A stretch of DNA of 64,000 bases from NCBI GenBank assembly GCA_002794035.1, contig PCXQ01000007.1, forward strand, positions 1,785 to 65,784. The letters run 5' to 3'. The stretch is from Candidatus Yanofskybacteria bacterium CG10_big_fil_rev_8_21_14_0_10_36_16 (GTDB lineage: Bacteria > Patescibacteriota > Minisyncoccia > 2-02-FULL-40-12 > IGHO2-01-FULL-4-A). The notes under the pieces are model-generated. The model was not told where the DNA came from. It searched no databases and was given only the letters and a program-made list of their open reading frames with translations. Positions 1 through 9,774 of the stretch are shown piece by piece (within the stretch, counting starts at the first letter, position 1; each line of letters begins with the position of its first letter). Made by a program: the position numbers and the translations under genes.

Positions 1-2132
1 TATACAAAACCTGGGAAGAGTCGGGCTTTTTCACGCCTGAAAATCTTCCAGACAAAAGAGAAGCTTCTTTCTCGGTATCCATTCCCCCTCCAAATGCAAC
101 AGGCACGCTTCATCTTGGACATTCTCTTGAGTACTCCCTTCAAGACGCCGTAGTTAGATATCATAGAATGAAAGGAGATCTTACGTTGTGGCTGCCTGGC
201 ACAGATCACGCAGCAATTGCTACAAATACAAAGGTTGAAAAAAAACTCATTAAGGAAACCGGTAAAAACCGACACGCCATAGGAAGAGAGGCTTTTGTTA
301 AAGAAGTTGAAGATTTTGTTGCTGAAAGTCGAGGTGTAATGCAAAAACAAATAAGACAAATTGGTGCATCTGTAGATTGGAGTCGTGAAGCTTTTACGAT
401 GGACGACAAAAGAAGTTTAGCTGTTAAAACCGCATTCAAAAAAATGTATGATGCCGGACTTATTTACAAAGATTACAAAGTAATTAACTGGGATCCAAAA
501 GGACAAACCTCAGTTTCCGATGATGAGGTAGAACATCGGCCTGAAAAAGGAATGCTGTATACTTTTAAATATTCCTCTGACTTTCCTATCGAAATATCCA
601 CAACCAGACCAGAAACTAAAGTCGGTGACACTGCTGTAGCGATTCACCCTGATGATAAACGATATAAACAATACATAGGAAAAGAATTCAAAAATATTGA
701 ATTTGCAGGAACAAAACTCAACATAAAAATAATTGCTGATGAAAATATTGATCCTGAATTCGGAACAGGAGCAGTAGGTGTTACACCAGCTCACAGTCTT
801 GTTGATGCTGACATAGCACAAAGGCACTCCCTGCCCATGGTACAGGTAATCAACGAATATGCCAAAATGACAGAGGAAGCGGGCACGCTTGTGTCGGGCA
901 AAAAAACAAAAGAAGCAAGAGAAATTATAGTAACATGGCTCAAAGAAAATAAATTACTATCTGGGGAAGAAAATATTGATCTTAACATCAGTATCGCCGA
1001 CAGGTCAGGCGGAATAATCGAACCTCTGCCTAAATTGCAATGGTTTGTTGCAGTTAATAAAAAATTTAAAATAAAAGAATCTAAAATCAAGGGCATCGAA
1101 AGTAATTCGGAAACAACACTCAAAGAGATAATGAAAAAAAGCGTAGAAAATGGACAGATTGAAATAATGCCGGGCAGATTCAACAAAACATACTTTCATT
1201 GGATAAATAATTTGCGGGACTGGAATATAAGCAGACAGCTTTGGTATGGCCACAGGATACCAGTTTGGTATAAAGGAGACGAAACCTTGTGTGACATAAA
1301 TCACCCAGAAGGCTCTGGTTGGGAACAAGATCCCGACACCCTAGATACATGGTTTTCTTCAGCACTTTGGACTTTCTCAACTCTTGGCTGGCCTGATAAA
1401 AACGCGCCTGATCTTAAAAAATTCCACCCCACAAGTTTTATGAATCCCGGATATGAAATAATATTCTTCTGGGTTGCCAGAATGATACTAGCCAGCGGAT
1501 TTTTACTTGGAGAAGTTCCCTTCAAAAAGGTTTACCTGCATGGAATATTAAGAGATTCTAAAGGAAGAAAATTTTCAAAGTCACTAGATAATGGGATAGA
1601 CCCGATAGAAATAATCGATCATTATGGAGCAGATGCATTAAGAATGTCTTTAATAATCGGAATAGGTCCAGGCAATGATGCTAACTTTGATACCAATAAA
1701 GTTAGGGGATACCAACATTTCGCAAACAAGCTCTGGAACATAGCAAGGTTTGTGTTGTTAAATGTAACGGAAAAACCAAATCTTAATGCCTCTCTTAAAG
1801 ATAAAGACCAGACAAAACTTGAAGAACAAAAAGAACTTATAAAAGACATAACAAACGACATGGAAGAATATCGATATTATATAGCTGCAGAGAAAATTTA
1901 TCATTATATCTGGCACATCTTGGCAGATGAAATAATTGAAGACTCAAAAACAGATCTTTCTAGTAAAGACCTAGAAACAAAAGAGTCGGCACAAAGAATG
2001 CTTTTGGAATTACTAATGAATTCTCTTAAAATCCTACACCCGTTTATGCCTTTTGTTACTGAAGAAATATACTCTAAACTACCTAACAAAAATAAAATTC
2101 TACTAATCGTTGAGAAATGGCCAGTTAATTAG
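1..2132 (+). CDS. valS: Valine--tRNA ligase, 5'-truncated by window edge
   Basis: Frame is open upstream of the listed ATG (PPPNATGTLHLGH HIGH motif); DWNISRQLWYGH, DTWFSSALW and KFSKS motifs; ends without the C-terminal coiled-coil arm. Confidence 0.97.
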   Translation, partial: YKTWEESGFFTPENLPDKREASFSVSIPPPNATGTLHLGHSLEYSLQDAVVRYHRMKGDLTLWLPGTDHAAIATNTKVEKKLIKETGKNRHAIGREAFVKEVEDFVAESRGVMQKQIRQIGASVDWSREAFTMDDKRSLAVKTAFKKMYDAGLIYKDYKVINWDPKGQTSVSDDEVEHRPEKGMLYTFKYSSDFPIEISTTRPETKVGDTAVAIHPDDKRYKQYIGKEFKNIEFAGTKLNIKIIADENIDPEFGTGAVGVTPAHSLVDADIAQRHSLPMVQVINEYAKMTEEAGTLVSGKKTKEAREIIVTWLKENKLLSGEENIDLNISIADRSGGIIEPLPKLQWFVAVNKKFKIKESKIKGIESNSETTLKEIMKKSVENGQIEIMPGRFNKTYFHWINNLRDWNISRQLWYGHRIPVWYKGDETLCDINHPEGSGWEQDPDTLDTWFSSALWTFSTLGWPDKNAPDLKKFHPTSFMNPGYEIIFFWVARMILASGFLLGEVPFKKVYLHGILRDSKGRKFSKSLDNGIDPIEIIDHYGADALRMSLIIGIGPGNDANFDTNKVRGYQHFANKLWNIARFVLLNVTEKPNLNASLKDKDQTKLEEQKELIKDITNDMEEYRYYIAAEKIYHYIWHILADEIIEDSKTDLSSKDLETKESAQRMLLELLMNSLKILHPFMPFVTEEIYSKLPNKNKILLIVEKWPVN

Positions 2133-2151
2133 ATTCAAAAAATATAATTTC

Positions 2152-2187
2152 AAAAAACAGCCCCGCCAAAGCGGTACTGTTTTTTTT
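2152..2187 (+). terminator. Intrinsic terminator after valS
   Basis: Hairpin AAAAAACAG-CCCCGCCAAAGCGGTA-CTGTTTTTT with T run. Confidence 0.7.
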
Positions 2188-2243
2188 AATTAAAATATCC
2201 AACTGTTTAATTCTTAAATTGATTTATGTGTTAAAATAAAAGT

Positions 2244-2981
2244 GTGGCTATAATTTATTCTCCACCACTCTTGGTTTTGCTAGGCTTAACACCCAGTTTG
2301 TTTTGGTTGTTTTTATATTTAAGAAAAGATCTCCATCCAGAACCTAGATCACTTATTATTAAAGTGTTTTTTATGGGCATAGTAATAGCCCCACTAGCAG
2401 TAATTTTTCAATGGCTAACCCTAGGTACTGGCAAATTTTTTAATCCTGATTTTCAATCTTCAGAATCAATTTTATTCTTTTTAATTGCTGCTTTCATAGA
2501 GGAAGTGGTTAAATATCTGGCAGTTAGATTTACAGTCTTAAACAATGCTGACTTTGATGAGCCTGTTGATGCAATGATTTATATGATCATAGCTGCGCTG
2601 GGCTTCGCTGGAATTGAAAACATTCTTGTTTTGTTTAAAACCTTAGGTGATATTACAACAGAAAATCCATACATCATATTTCAAGTCTTGGGTTTAAGAT
2701 TTGTAGGTGCTACACTTTTGCATGCACTATCATCTGCCATTGCAGGCTATTTCTTAGCAATGTCATGGTTTTACAGCCATCACAGCAAAAAACTAGTCAC
2801 ATTTGGTATTTTAATAGCTACTCTTTTCCACACAACATTCAATATTATAATTTTAAAATCAGCACTAAATCAGGATATTTCTTTTTACTTAATGCCTCTT
2901 TTAATTTTCATGGCAATATTAATATCAATACTGTTTAACCGGTTAAAAAAGAGAAGATTAGTTAATACAATAGAATACTAA
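2244..2981 (+). CDS. prsW: PrsW-family intramembrane glutamic protease
   Basis: Multi-TM; EEVVK, FAGIEN, LLHA and LFH motifs. Confidence 0.88.
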   Translation: MAIIYSPPLLVLLGLTPSLFWLFLYLRKDLHPEPRSLIIKVFFMGIVIAPLAVIFQWLTLGTGKFFNPDFQSSESILFFLIAAFIEEVVKYLAVRFTVLNNADFDEPVDAMIYMIIAALGFAGIENILVLFKTLGDITTENPYIIFQVLGLRFVGATLLHALSSAIAGYFLAMSWFYSHHSKKLVTFGILIATLFHTTFNIIILKSALNQDISFYLMPLLIFMAILISILFNRLKKRRLVNTIEY

Positions 2982-3071
2982 TATTAATATACTTTCAACT
3001 TATTACATCAAATATATTTTTTATCCACCGATTTTATTAACTAAGTTAGTTTTTTTTATTATAATAATAAT

Positions 3072-3506
3072 ATGGGAGACGAATTAAAAAAATTAGAAAA
3101 TGAAGACAATGAAGAAGAGACGACTGATGAGGATTCTGAGGAAGCCGATCTTGTTGCAGCTCAAACAAAAAAAACAACCTCGGATAATGAGGAAGGGACT
3201 CTTACTGTTGATGTCCTTAGGACCAGTGATGATGTTTATATAAAATCAGCCATTGCTGGAGTAACAGCAAAAGATCTTGATATAACAATCAATAATGATA
3301 TGGTCACAATTAAAGGCAATAGAAAGCAAGATGAAACCTTAAAAACTGCCTCCTATGACTGGAGAGAACTTTATTGGGGACCTTTTTCAAGAACAGTAAT
3401 ATTGCCGGAAGAAATTGATGTTGATAGTTCTAAAGCATCTATAAAAAACGGGGTTTTAACTATTAAATTACCCAAGGTCAGCAAAAATAAAACTAAGAAA
3501 ATATAG
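3072..3506 (+). CDS. Hsp20/alpha-crystallin small heat-shock protein
   Basis: YWGPFSRTVILP...ASIKNGVLTIKLPK; acidic N-terminus. Confidence 0.93.
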   Translation: MGDELKKLENEDNEEETTDEDSEEADLVAAQTKKTTSDNEEGTLTVDVLRTSDDVYIKSAIAGVTAKDLDITINNDMVTIKGNRKQDETLKTASYDWRELYWGPFSRTVILPEEIDVDSSKASIKNGVLTIKLPKVSKNKTKKI

Positions 3507-3517
3507 GAAAAATCACT

Positions 3518-3548
3518 AAACAGGCCCCAACTTATCGGGGCCTGTTTT
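3518..3548 (+). terminator. Intrinsic terminator after Hsp20 gene
   Basis: AAACAGGCCCC-loop-GGGGCCTGTTTT. Confidence 0.7.
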
Positions 3549-3718
3549 ATATTTAATTCATTACAAGTTAATTATAAAATTGTCATGTGAAGCCCCACAA
3601 TAAAATCCATAAGGTGGAACCCCGCACAAAAAAACTCCTTAAAATTGAGCTACTTATGGCCAAATTATAAACCCTGGGTAAATATTATTTCCTAATTGTG
3701 GTATATTAATATTAATCT

Positions 3719-4891
3719 ATGACAATAAAATATAATTATAAAAATCTTGCAATACCAGGACTTTTGGCTGTTTTTTTATCTGGCTTTATGTGGTATTCGA
3801 GCAGTCATTACGACTCTCTCTCTATAGAGGCTCACGATACTGCATTAGCGGAGTTTGATGACTATTCTAAAAATATAAACAAATCCGTTGAAAATGGTTT
3901 TATTTTAACCAGCAACAGTACTAAAATTAATATCGCCTCTGAAATTACCAAGGAATGGCAGATAGAAATAACTAGAAGTAATGGCATAGAACAGTCAATT
4001 CCAAACAATGAGAAAATAACTTCACATCTTAATAATTTTGTATCAAACAAAGTCAAAATTGAACCCAAGAGTCCCCTTTTTGATGTAACCAATGGCGTGG
4101 TATATGAAATTGCACCTGCAACCCCCGGCAGGAATCTAAATACCGTCCAAACGCTTTCAAACATAACCAGGGCAATGATTAAAGGAGAAAACAGGGCAAG
4201 TATTTCTTTTACAGAAACATACTCCTCTATTACAGCAAACTCATTGAATGTTCTGGGTATAAACAAACTAATAGGACGAGGAGAGTCTGACTTTAAAGGA
4301 TCATCTGAGGCCAGAATACACAACATTAAAGTTTCCACTGCTCTTTTCGATGGAGTTGTTATAAAACCAAAAGAAGAATTTTCATTTAATAAAATCTTGG
4401 GGGAAGTTGATGGTTCAACAGGATATAAATCTGAATTAGTAATCAAAGGTGATAAAATAATTCCCGAGTATGGAGGTGGGATTTGCCAAGTTTCAACTAC
4501 TGTATTCAGGAGCGCAATCAATTCAGGCTTGCCCATTACTCAAAGAAAACCCCATTCATTGCCTGTTAGGTATTATAGCCCCCAAGGCATGGATGCCACT
4601 ATCTACCCCGGGGTTGTCGACCTAAAATTTATAAACGACACAGAAAATTACATAATTATAAATGCTGGATTTAATGGCACACAATTAATATTTGAAATAT
4701 ACGGGCAAGAAAAAGATAGAGAGGTTGTTGTCAGCCCACCAAGCTATTACGATGTTCAACCTGATGGAGGATTAAAGGCTGTTTTCACAAGAACTATTAG
4801 TTATGCTAATGGGAGACAAGAATCTGAACAATTTTATTCCAGTTATAAATCACCCTCTAAATTTGAGAGTCTTAGAAACCCATTGGAATAA
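3719..4891 (+). CDS. VanW-family protein with N-terminal membrane anchor
   Basis: FSFNKILG, GGGICQVSTT, DATIY...DLKFINDT motifs. Confidence 0.9.
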   Translation: MTIKYNYKNLAIPGLLAVFLSGFMWYSSSHYDSLSIEAHDTALAEFDDYSKNINKSVENGFILTSNSTKINIASEITKEWQIEITRSNGIEQSIPNNEKITSHLNNFVSNKVKIEPKSPLFDVTNGVVYEIAPATPGRNLNTVQTLSNITRAMIKGENRASISFTETYSSITANSLNVLGINKLIGRGESDFKGSSEARIHNIKVSTALFDGVVIKPKEEFSFNKILGEVDGSTGYKSELVIKGDKIIPEYGGGICQVSTTVFRSAINSGLPITQRKPHSLPVRYYSPQGMDATIYPGVVDLKFINDTENYIIINAGFNGTQLIFEIYGQEKDREVVVSPPSYYDVQPDGGLKAVFTRTISYANGRQESEQFYSSYKSPSKFESLRNPLE

Positions 4892-4981
4892 ACTAAAAAA
4901 ACCCTTGTATGCAAAGGTCTTAATATTTCCACCACGGGGGCAAAATAGTTCAAATCCTATCTTAAAATATCACAAACACGG

Positions 4982-5064
4982 TGGGGGCGAGAGGATTTGA
5001 ACCTCCACGCTCGTGAGAGCACCAGCTCCTAAGGCTGGCGTGTCTGCCATTCCACCACACCCCC
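4982..5064 (-). tRNA. tRNA-Leu(TAG)
   Basis: Cloverleaf; anticodon arm CCAGC-CTTAGGA-GCTGG, long variable arm, GGTTCAAATCC T-arm; CCA not encoded. Confidence 0.95.
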
Positions 5065-5104
5065 ATATGAAAAACATCTTAGCATAAATTTAGCTCTATT
5101 TCTA

Positions 5105-6631
5105 ATGAATTTAAGATATTTTAAACTTATAATTAGCGCGATAATCCTTGCGGGGTTTTTTTATATTACTTGGATTATGATTGATCCTGATATTTTTTGG
5201 CATTTAAAGGTTGGCCAAGAAATATACACAACAGGAGGAATCCCCCACTTTGACCACTTTAGCCACACGATGCCGTACCATGCATGGGTAGACCACGAAG
5301 CACTCACTGAAGTGTGGTTTTATTTAATGTACTCAAGCGGCTTTTGGTGGATTTTAAAAATAATATTTAGCCTAATTATATCTATACCTTTTATTTTTTG
5401 GATTTATAAAAGCAATAATTATTTCTTGCCGGTTGTGATACTGTTTTCATCTATATACCTTCTGGGAATAGCGGGAGTGAGACCTCAGTGGATTTCTTTT
5501 TTGTTATTCTTTGTTGTTTTTCAAATATTACTCCAAAAATATTGGCACAAAAAGAACAACAAATCATTTTATTTTCTACCGTTAATTTTTCTAGTTTGGG
5601 CTAATTTGCATGCCGGGTTTTTTATGGGTTTGATGACATTTGGTTTTTTGGTGATGATGAACCTATTTCAGAACAGAAACATAAATCAGGAAATTCGCCC
5701 AATAATAATTTTGGGATTAAGTACAATTGTTACACTTATTAATCCTTATGGCTGGCATATTTATGAAGAAATTTTTAAAGTAGCTACATCTTCTTCTACA
5801 TTAAAATACATTGCTGAGTGGCAACCAGTATTCACAACGCCAGATCTATCACTAGTACTATTTGGCGGGGTTTTTATTTCTTTTATTTTAATCTTTAAAT
5901 CATACAAAAAATATCCCCTGCCTTTTTTGGCTTTGTCTTTGATAATGTTTTGTATGTTTTTAATGTCAAAAAGACACGGACCTTTATTCTTTATAACTTC
6001 AATGCCAATAATTTTTAATGGATTTGAAATTATAAAAAACAAGATATATGTTTTGCGAAACAACAAACCTTTTTCCCAAACCGAAACCAACAAAGCACTT
6101 TCGGGAGTTTTAATATTGTTTATTATAGCATTGGGTTCTTTTGGTTATAAAATTTTAAATTATCAAGTATATAAAATTCCCGAAAATGCTGTTATCTTTC
6201 TGAAAGAAAATAAATATGGCCAAAAAGATTTAAAGCTATTCAATAATTATGGATGGGGTGGATATTTAATCTGGGAAACACCTGAAATAAAAGTGTTCAT
6301 AGACGGCAGAATGCCTCACTGGCAAAAAAACAAAGAATCCGCAATGAGCGATTATATTAAAACTGTATTCAATCCCGAAACAGAAGAATGGAAAAAAGTA
6401 TTTAATAAATACAAAATAAACACAGTAATAATGCCTGCAAATATATACCAACAAGAACACATATCAAAATATTCAATCAAAAAAATAGAGAATAAAATAA
6501 AAACATGGCTTAAAACTAAAGAAACCACAAAGAATAAAACTCTTGTGGGAATATTAAAAGAAAATGGCTGGAGCACCTCATACCAAGATGATGTTGCTAT
6601 AGTTCTAGAATGCGAAAAAGATTGTTATTAA
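5105..6631 (+). CDS. Polytopic membrane protein, probable GT-C-type glycosyltransferase
   Basis: DPDIFWHL in first loop, WANLHAGF, INPYG, FIDGR; many TM helices; next to pilin array. Confidence 0.6.
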   Translation: MNLRYFKLIISAIILAGFFYITWIMIDPDIFWHLKVGQEIYTTGGIPHFDHFSHTMPYHAWVDHEALTEVWFYLMYSSGFWWILKIIFSLIISIPFIFWIYKSNNYFLPVVILFSSIYLLGIAGVRPQWISFLLFFVVFQILLQKYWHKKNNKSFYFLPLIFLVWANLHAGFFMGLMTFGFLVMMNLFQNRNINQEIRPIIILGLSTIVTLINPYGWHIYEEIFKVATSSSTLKYIAEWQPVFTTPDLSLVLFGGVFISFILIFKSYKKYPLPFLALSLIMFCMFLMSKRHGPLFFITSMPIIFNGFEIIKNKIYVLRNNKPFSQTETNKALSGVLILFIIALGSFGYKILNYQVYKIPENAVIFLKENKYGQKDLKLFNNYGWGGYLIWETPEIKVFIDGRMPHWQKNKESAMSDYIKTVFNPETEEWKKVFNKYKINTVIMPANIYQQEHISKYSIKKIENKIKTWLKTKETTKNKTLVGILKENGWSTSYQDDVAIVLECEKDCY

Positions 6632-6665
6632 TTATTAATTTAAATCTTCTAACACATTCTGAAAC

Positions 6666-6697
6666 AAAAACACCCCTGCCTAAGCGGGGGTGTTTTT
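6666..6697. terminator. Bidirectional terminator between convergent genes
   Basis: AAAAACACCCCTGC-CTAA-GCGGGGGTGTTTTT. Confidence 0.75.
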
Positions 6698-6712
6698 AAG
6701 TTTAGGATTTGT

Positions 6713-7099
6713 TTATAGAGTTCCTTGTGACAAGGCATCTAATACGTATCCTGCGGTTGATAGAAGAACACCTACACCTAATACAACCATAGCACCAATC
6801 AAACCGTTAATGATTGTTGTTCTTGCTTCACCGGCTTTAGCAGCGTCACCTCCTGCAGCCATGTATTTAATACCACCGATAATAATGAATATTACAGCGA
6901 TAATAACACCTATAGCAATCAAGAAGTTACCAATTCTTGTTATAACTGATTCTATGTCAGCTAATTCCACAGCATCACCTGTAAGAGGAGGGCTGGGCTC
7001 ATTTAATACCTGGCCAAATACTACAACTGGCACAACTAATAAAGTAACAAGAGCCAAAGTAGGCGCAAGCACTTTCACAATTTTTAATGTTTTAGACAT
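6713..7099 (-). CDS. TrbC/VirB2-like pilin, probable major pilin
   Basis: Signal peptide, two hydrophobic helices around GGIKYMAAGGD...ARTTIINGLIG. Confidence 0.85.
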   Translation of the reverse strand: MSKTLKIVKVLAPTLALVTLLVVPVVVFGQVLNEPSPPLTGDAVELADIESVITRIGNFLIAIGVIIAVIFIIIGGIKYMAAGGDAAKAGEARTTIINGLIGAMVVLGVGVLLSTAGYVLDALSQGTL

Positions 7100-7320
7100 G
7101 TTTAATTTTTTCAGCGAATAGAGGAACGGGAATAATGCTTAAGCTTCTCTAAAGAGATTATTCTTGTTCCGCCATTCTTATATGAATTAATTTAGACCAA
7201 CGCTACGACCGAACCCTGCCTAATAAAAGCAACGCCCCGTCGGTCTTTAGTATTTTAAGGTTTTTATCCGACCTGTCTGGGAAAATCAATATTTATTGAT
7301 TCTACCAAACAGACCCCCTT
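7100..7320 (-). promoter_or_regulatory. Long structured 5' leader of pilin gene
   Basis: Several GC-richer hairpins between the predicted promoter and the ATG. Confidence 0.55.
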
Positions 7321-7325
7321 TTATT

Positions 7326-7354
7326 ATTATAATGTACTTAATTTATTGTCACAA
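7326..7354 (-). promoter_or_regulatory. Sigma70-type promoter for pilin 6713-7099
   Basis: TTGTGA-17 nt-TATAAT on minus strand. Confidence 0.6.
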
Positions 7355-7468
7355 TAAAGCTATCAACAACTATATTTTTCTAATAAATCATATAAAAATC
7401 ATCGCATTATCTATACCCTATCTATCAGCAATCATTTAAAACCTTCATTCTGAAAATAAAATTAACGA

Positions 7469-7834
7469 TTATAAACCAAACCCTCCTGAAAGTGCACCGA
7501 CTATATGCTCTGCTGTTGAAAATATAGTGCCTATACCAAGAACAATCATTGCACCTATTAGTCCGTTTATTATGGTTTTTCTGGCGTCTGCAACCTTAGT
7601 GGTGTCTCCTTTGGCCGACATCCATTTAATACCTCCGTAAACTATGAAAATTACCGCAATAAAAGCTCCTGCAAAAAGCATAAACTGGGCAATGGTTTCT
7701 ATTACATCAAGAATGTTCTCAAGAGTGACAGGTGTAGCATCGCTAAATTGGGCAAAAACTGGAAACGCCAAAAACACCTGAACGAAGACTAGCAGAACCC
7801 AAAATACCTTTTTGTTTTCTTTAAAATTCAACAT
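7469..7834 (-). CDS. TrbC/VirB2-like pilin
   Basis: VFA/Q signal peptide; GGIKWMSAKGD...ARKTIINGLIG; start set at MLNFKE. Confidence 0.85.
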   Translation of the reverse strand: MLNFKENKKVFWVLLVFVQVFLAFPVFAQFSDATPVTLENILDVIETIAQFMLFAGAFIAVIFIVYGGIKWMSAKGDTTKVADARKTIINGLIGAMIVLGIGTIFSTAEHIVGALSGGFGL

Positions 7835-7856
7835 AAAAAATTGTTTGAAATGAGAA

Positions 7857-8258
7857 TTATAAACTTCCTCCAGCAATTGCATTAAACAAGTAACCAGCCG
7901 TTGACATTATTGTACCAATACCAAGAACGATAATAGAACCAATCAAACCATTTATTATAGTTTGTCTTGCTCTTGCAACCTTAGATGAATCACCTCCTGC
8001 TGACATCCACAAAATACCGCCCCAAACAATAAATATTACCGCAATAAGCGCACCTGCAAACAATAGGAATTGGGCAATTGTTGTTATCGCATCTAGAATA
8101 CTGGTTAAATTAAGCTCTTCTGAATCTGGCACTGGATTACCTGGTATCTCTAATGCTCCTTCCGGATTAGTAAATTGAGCATTGGCCGACAAAGCAAACC
8201 CCGCTAAAAATAGAAGGACCGCTACCTTGCTTATATTTTTTTTATTAAAAATCTTCAT
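7857..8258 (-). CDS. TrbC/VirB2-like pilin
   Basis: ANA/Q signal peptide; GGILWMSAGGD...ARQTIINGLIG; start set at MKIFNK. Confidence 0.85.
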   Translation of the reverse strand: MKIFNKKNISKVAVLLFLAGFALSANAQFTNPEGALEIPGNPVPDSEELNLTSILDAITTIAQFLLFAGALIAVIFIVWGGILWMSAGGDSSKVARARQTIINGLIGSIIVLGIGTIMSTAGYLFNAIAGGSL

Positions 8259-8409
8259 TTTTAAATACAGCTCGGGAATAAGGACAAAAGATTGCCCAAC
8301 CGTTCCCAAAAGCCAAATTATTAATTATTTACTTAATTATATCTAAAAAACCTAAACAAATCTAATTTTTATACACAGAACTCATATTTTACTATAAATC
8401 TATTTTTTA

Positions 8410-8808
8410 CTAAAAAGATATTGAGCTAGTTACTATCTCACATGTAAAAGTAACTTCTACGCCTACTGCGTTTGCCACAGTTACCACTATTGTTCCGACA
8501 CCAAATATAACAACAGCTGCAATAAAAGCATACATAAGACCCTTTCTTGCTTCTCCTGATTTTTGGACATCACCCTTAGCTGACATTAATTTGACTGCTT
8601 CAACCATAAAAAAGATGACCAAACCAAACATGGCGGCATAGAATGTCCAACAAGCAAGGCCTGTAGCTATAGCCACCAAATCCTTAACGCTAAAATCCTC
8701 AATACCAAGTCCTTCTTGAGCATAAAGCGGAAATGGGAAACCAACCATAACCATCATAGATACAATTAACAGTGATGATAATAATTGTGTTTTGTTTATT
8801 TTATACAT
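8410..8808 (-). CDS. TrbC/VirB2-like pilin (divergent)
   Basis: LYA/Q signal peptide; KLMSAKGD...ARKGLMYAFIA. Confidence 0.75.
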   Translation of the reverse strand: MYKINKTQLLSSLLIVSMMVMVGFPFPLYAQEGLGIEDFSVKDLVAIATGLACWTFYAAMFGLVIFFMVEAVKLMSAKGDVQKSGEARKGLMYAFIAAVVIFGVGTIVVTVANAVGVEVTFTCEIVTSSISF

Positions 8809-8839
8809 TATAATTTTTATTCAATATTAATTAAAATAT

Positions 8840-9217
8840 TTAACCGTTGCCTCTTAGCGCAAGCACGCTCTCTATTAATGCTACAAATCCCCTGCCTATC
8901 AACACAACTGCCAGCCCTATAATTGCATACCACAAAGTTCTTGTGCCTTGTTGAAATTTCTGGGAATTGCCTCTTGAAGTATACATAATAACCCCAGCCA
9001 CGATTATCATTATTACAACAATGGGAATTGCAATTAATATGAGCTGGTCGGCTATTTGCTCAACAAGTTCTATAAATGTATCGGGGACATTATTACAACC
9101 ACCACCCAAGACACAAAGAGGATTTTCAAACTCTAAAGCAAAAACAGAACCAGCATTTAATACAACTACGGTGATCAATAAAAAGAGTAGCGCTACCTTG
9201 TTGTTTAAATTAGCCAT
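8840..9217 (-). CDS. TrbC/VirB2-like pilin
   Basis: VFA signal peptide, FENPL, AGVIMYTSRGN...LWYAIIG. Confidence 0.82.
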   Translation of the reverse strand: MANLNNKVALLFLLITVVVLNAGSVFALEFENPLCVLGGGCNNVPDTFIELVEQIADQLILIAIPIVVIMIIVAGVIMYTSRGNSQKFQQGTRTLWYAIIGLAVVLIGRGFVALIESVLALRGNG

Positions 9218-9371
9218 ATTTAAAAAATTCAATTTACAATTTTTAATTCTTAATTTTCATTTAATTTTCAATGAATTAATTTTTAAACATAATACATTCC
9301 AAAACCATGTTTCAGAATTAGAAATTAAAAATTCATTAAAAATTATAAAATTATAAATTAAAAATTAAAAT
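9218..9371. repeat. AT-rich imperfect inverted repeat with ~7-nt periodicity
   Basis: Left arm of AATTTTC/AATTTTT units, right arm of GAAATT/AAAATT units; TTTTCAATGAATT pairs with AATTCATTAAAAA. Confidence 0.65.
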
Positions 9372-9716
9372 TTAATTGCCGCCACGCAACACACTAACAA
9401 CCAAATTTACAAATCCTTGTCCTATAAAAATAACTGCAAGGCCTATTATGGCATATTTTAACATATCCATACCCTGTTTAAATTTTTGGGGATTACCTCC
9501 TGCGGTAAACATCCTAACACCAGCAATAATGATAACAATAATTGATATTGGAATTGATAATGTTACCAACCAAGTTCCAATTGTCTTTATTAATTCTTCA
9601 AAACTGCCGTAGCCAACAAAGTCAGGAAGTTGTGCATATGCATTATTTACAGCAAAAATACTTATAAAAAGCATTGGTATTATTGCAAAAAATAAAGCTT
9701 TTGATTTTGTTGGCAT
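9372..9716 (-). CDS. TrbC/VirB2-like pilin
   Basis: AYA/Q signal peptide; AGVRMFTAGGNP...LKYAIIG. Confidence 0.85.
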   Translation of the reverse strand: MPTKSKALFFAIIPMLFISIFAVNNAYAQLPDFVGYGSFEELIKTIGTWLVTLSIPISIIVIIIAGVRMFTAGGNPQKFKQGMDMLKYAIIGLAVIFIGQGFVNLVVSVLRGGN

Positions 9717-9774
9717 AATTGTTGTACTTAACAATTAAAAATTGAAAATTATTTAAAAATTACGAAATTAATTT

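Noticed and set aside
3862-4536. 224-aa minus-strand ORF
   Set aside because: Antisense to the well-supported VanW gene.
6713-8258. Similar pilin segments as possible DGR template/variable repeats or silent cassettes
   Set aside because: Differences look like ordinary synonymous divergence rather than adenine-specific changes; all copies have signal peptides; no reverse transcriptase in the window.
6690-9612. Plus-strand ORFs 6690-7121, 8967-9356 and 9376-9612
   Set aside because: Antisense shadows of pilin genes with no recognisable features.
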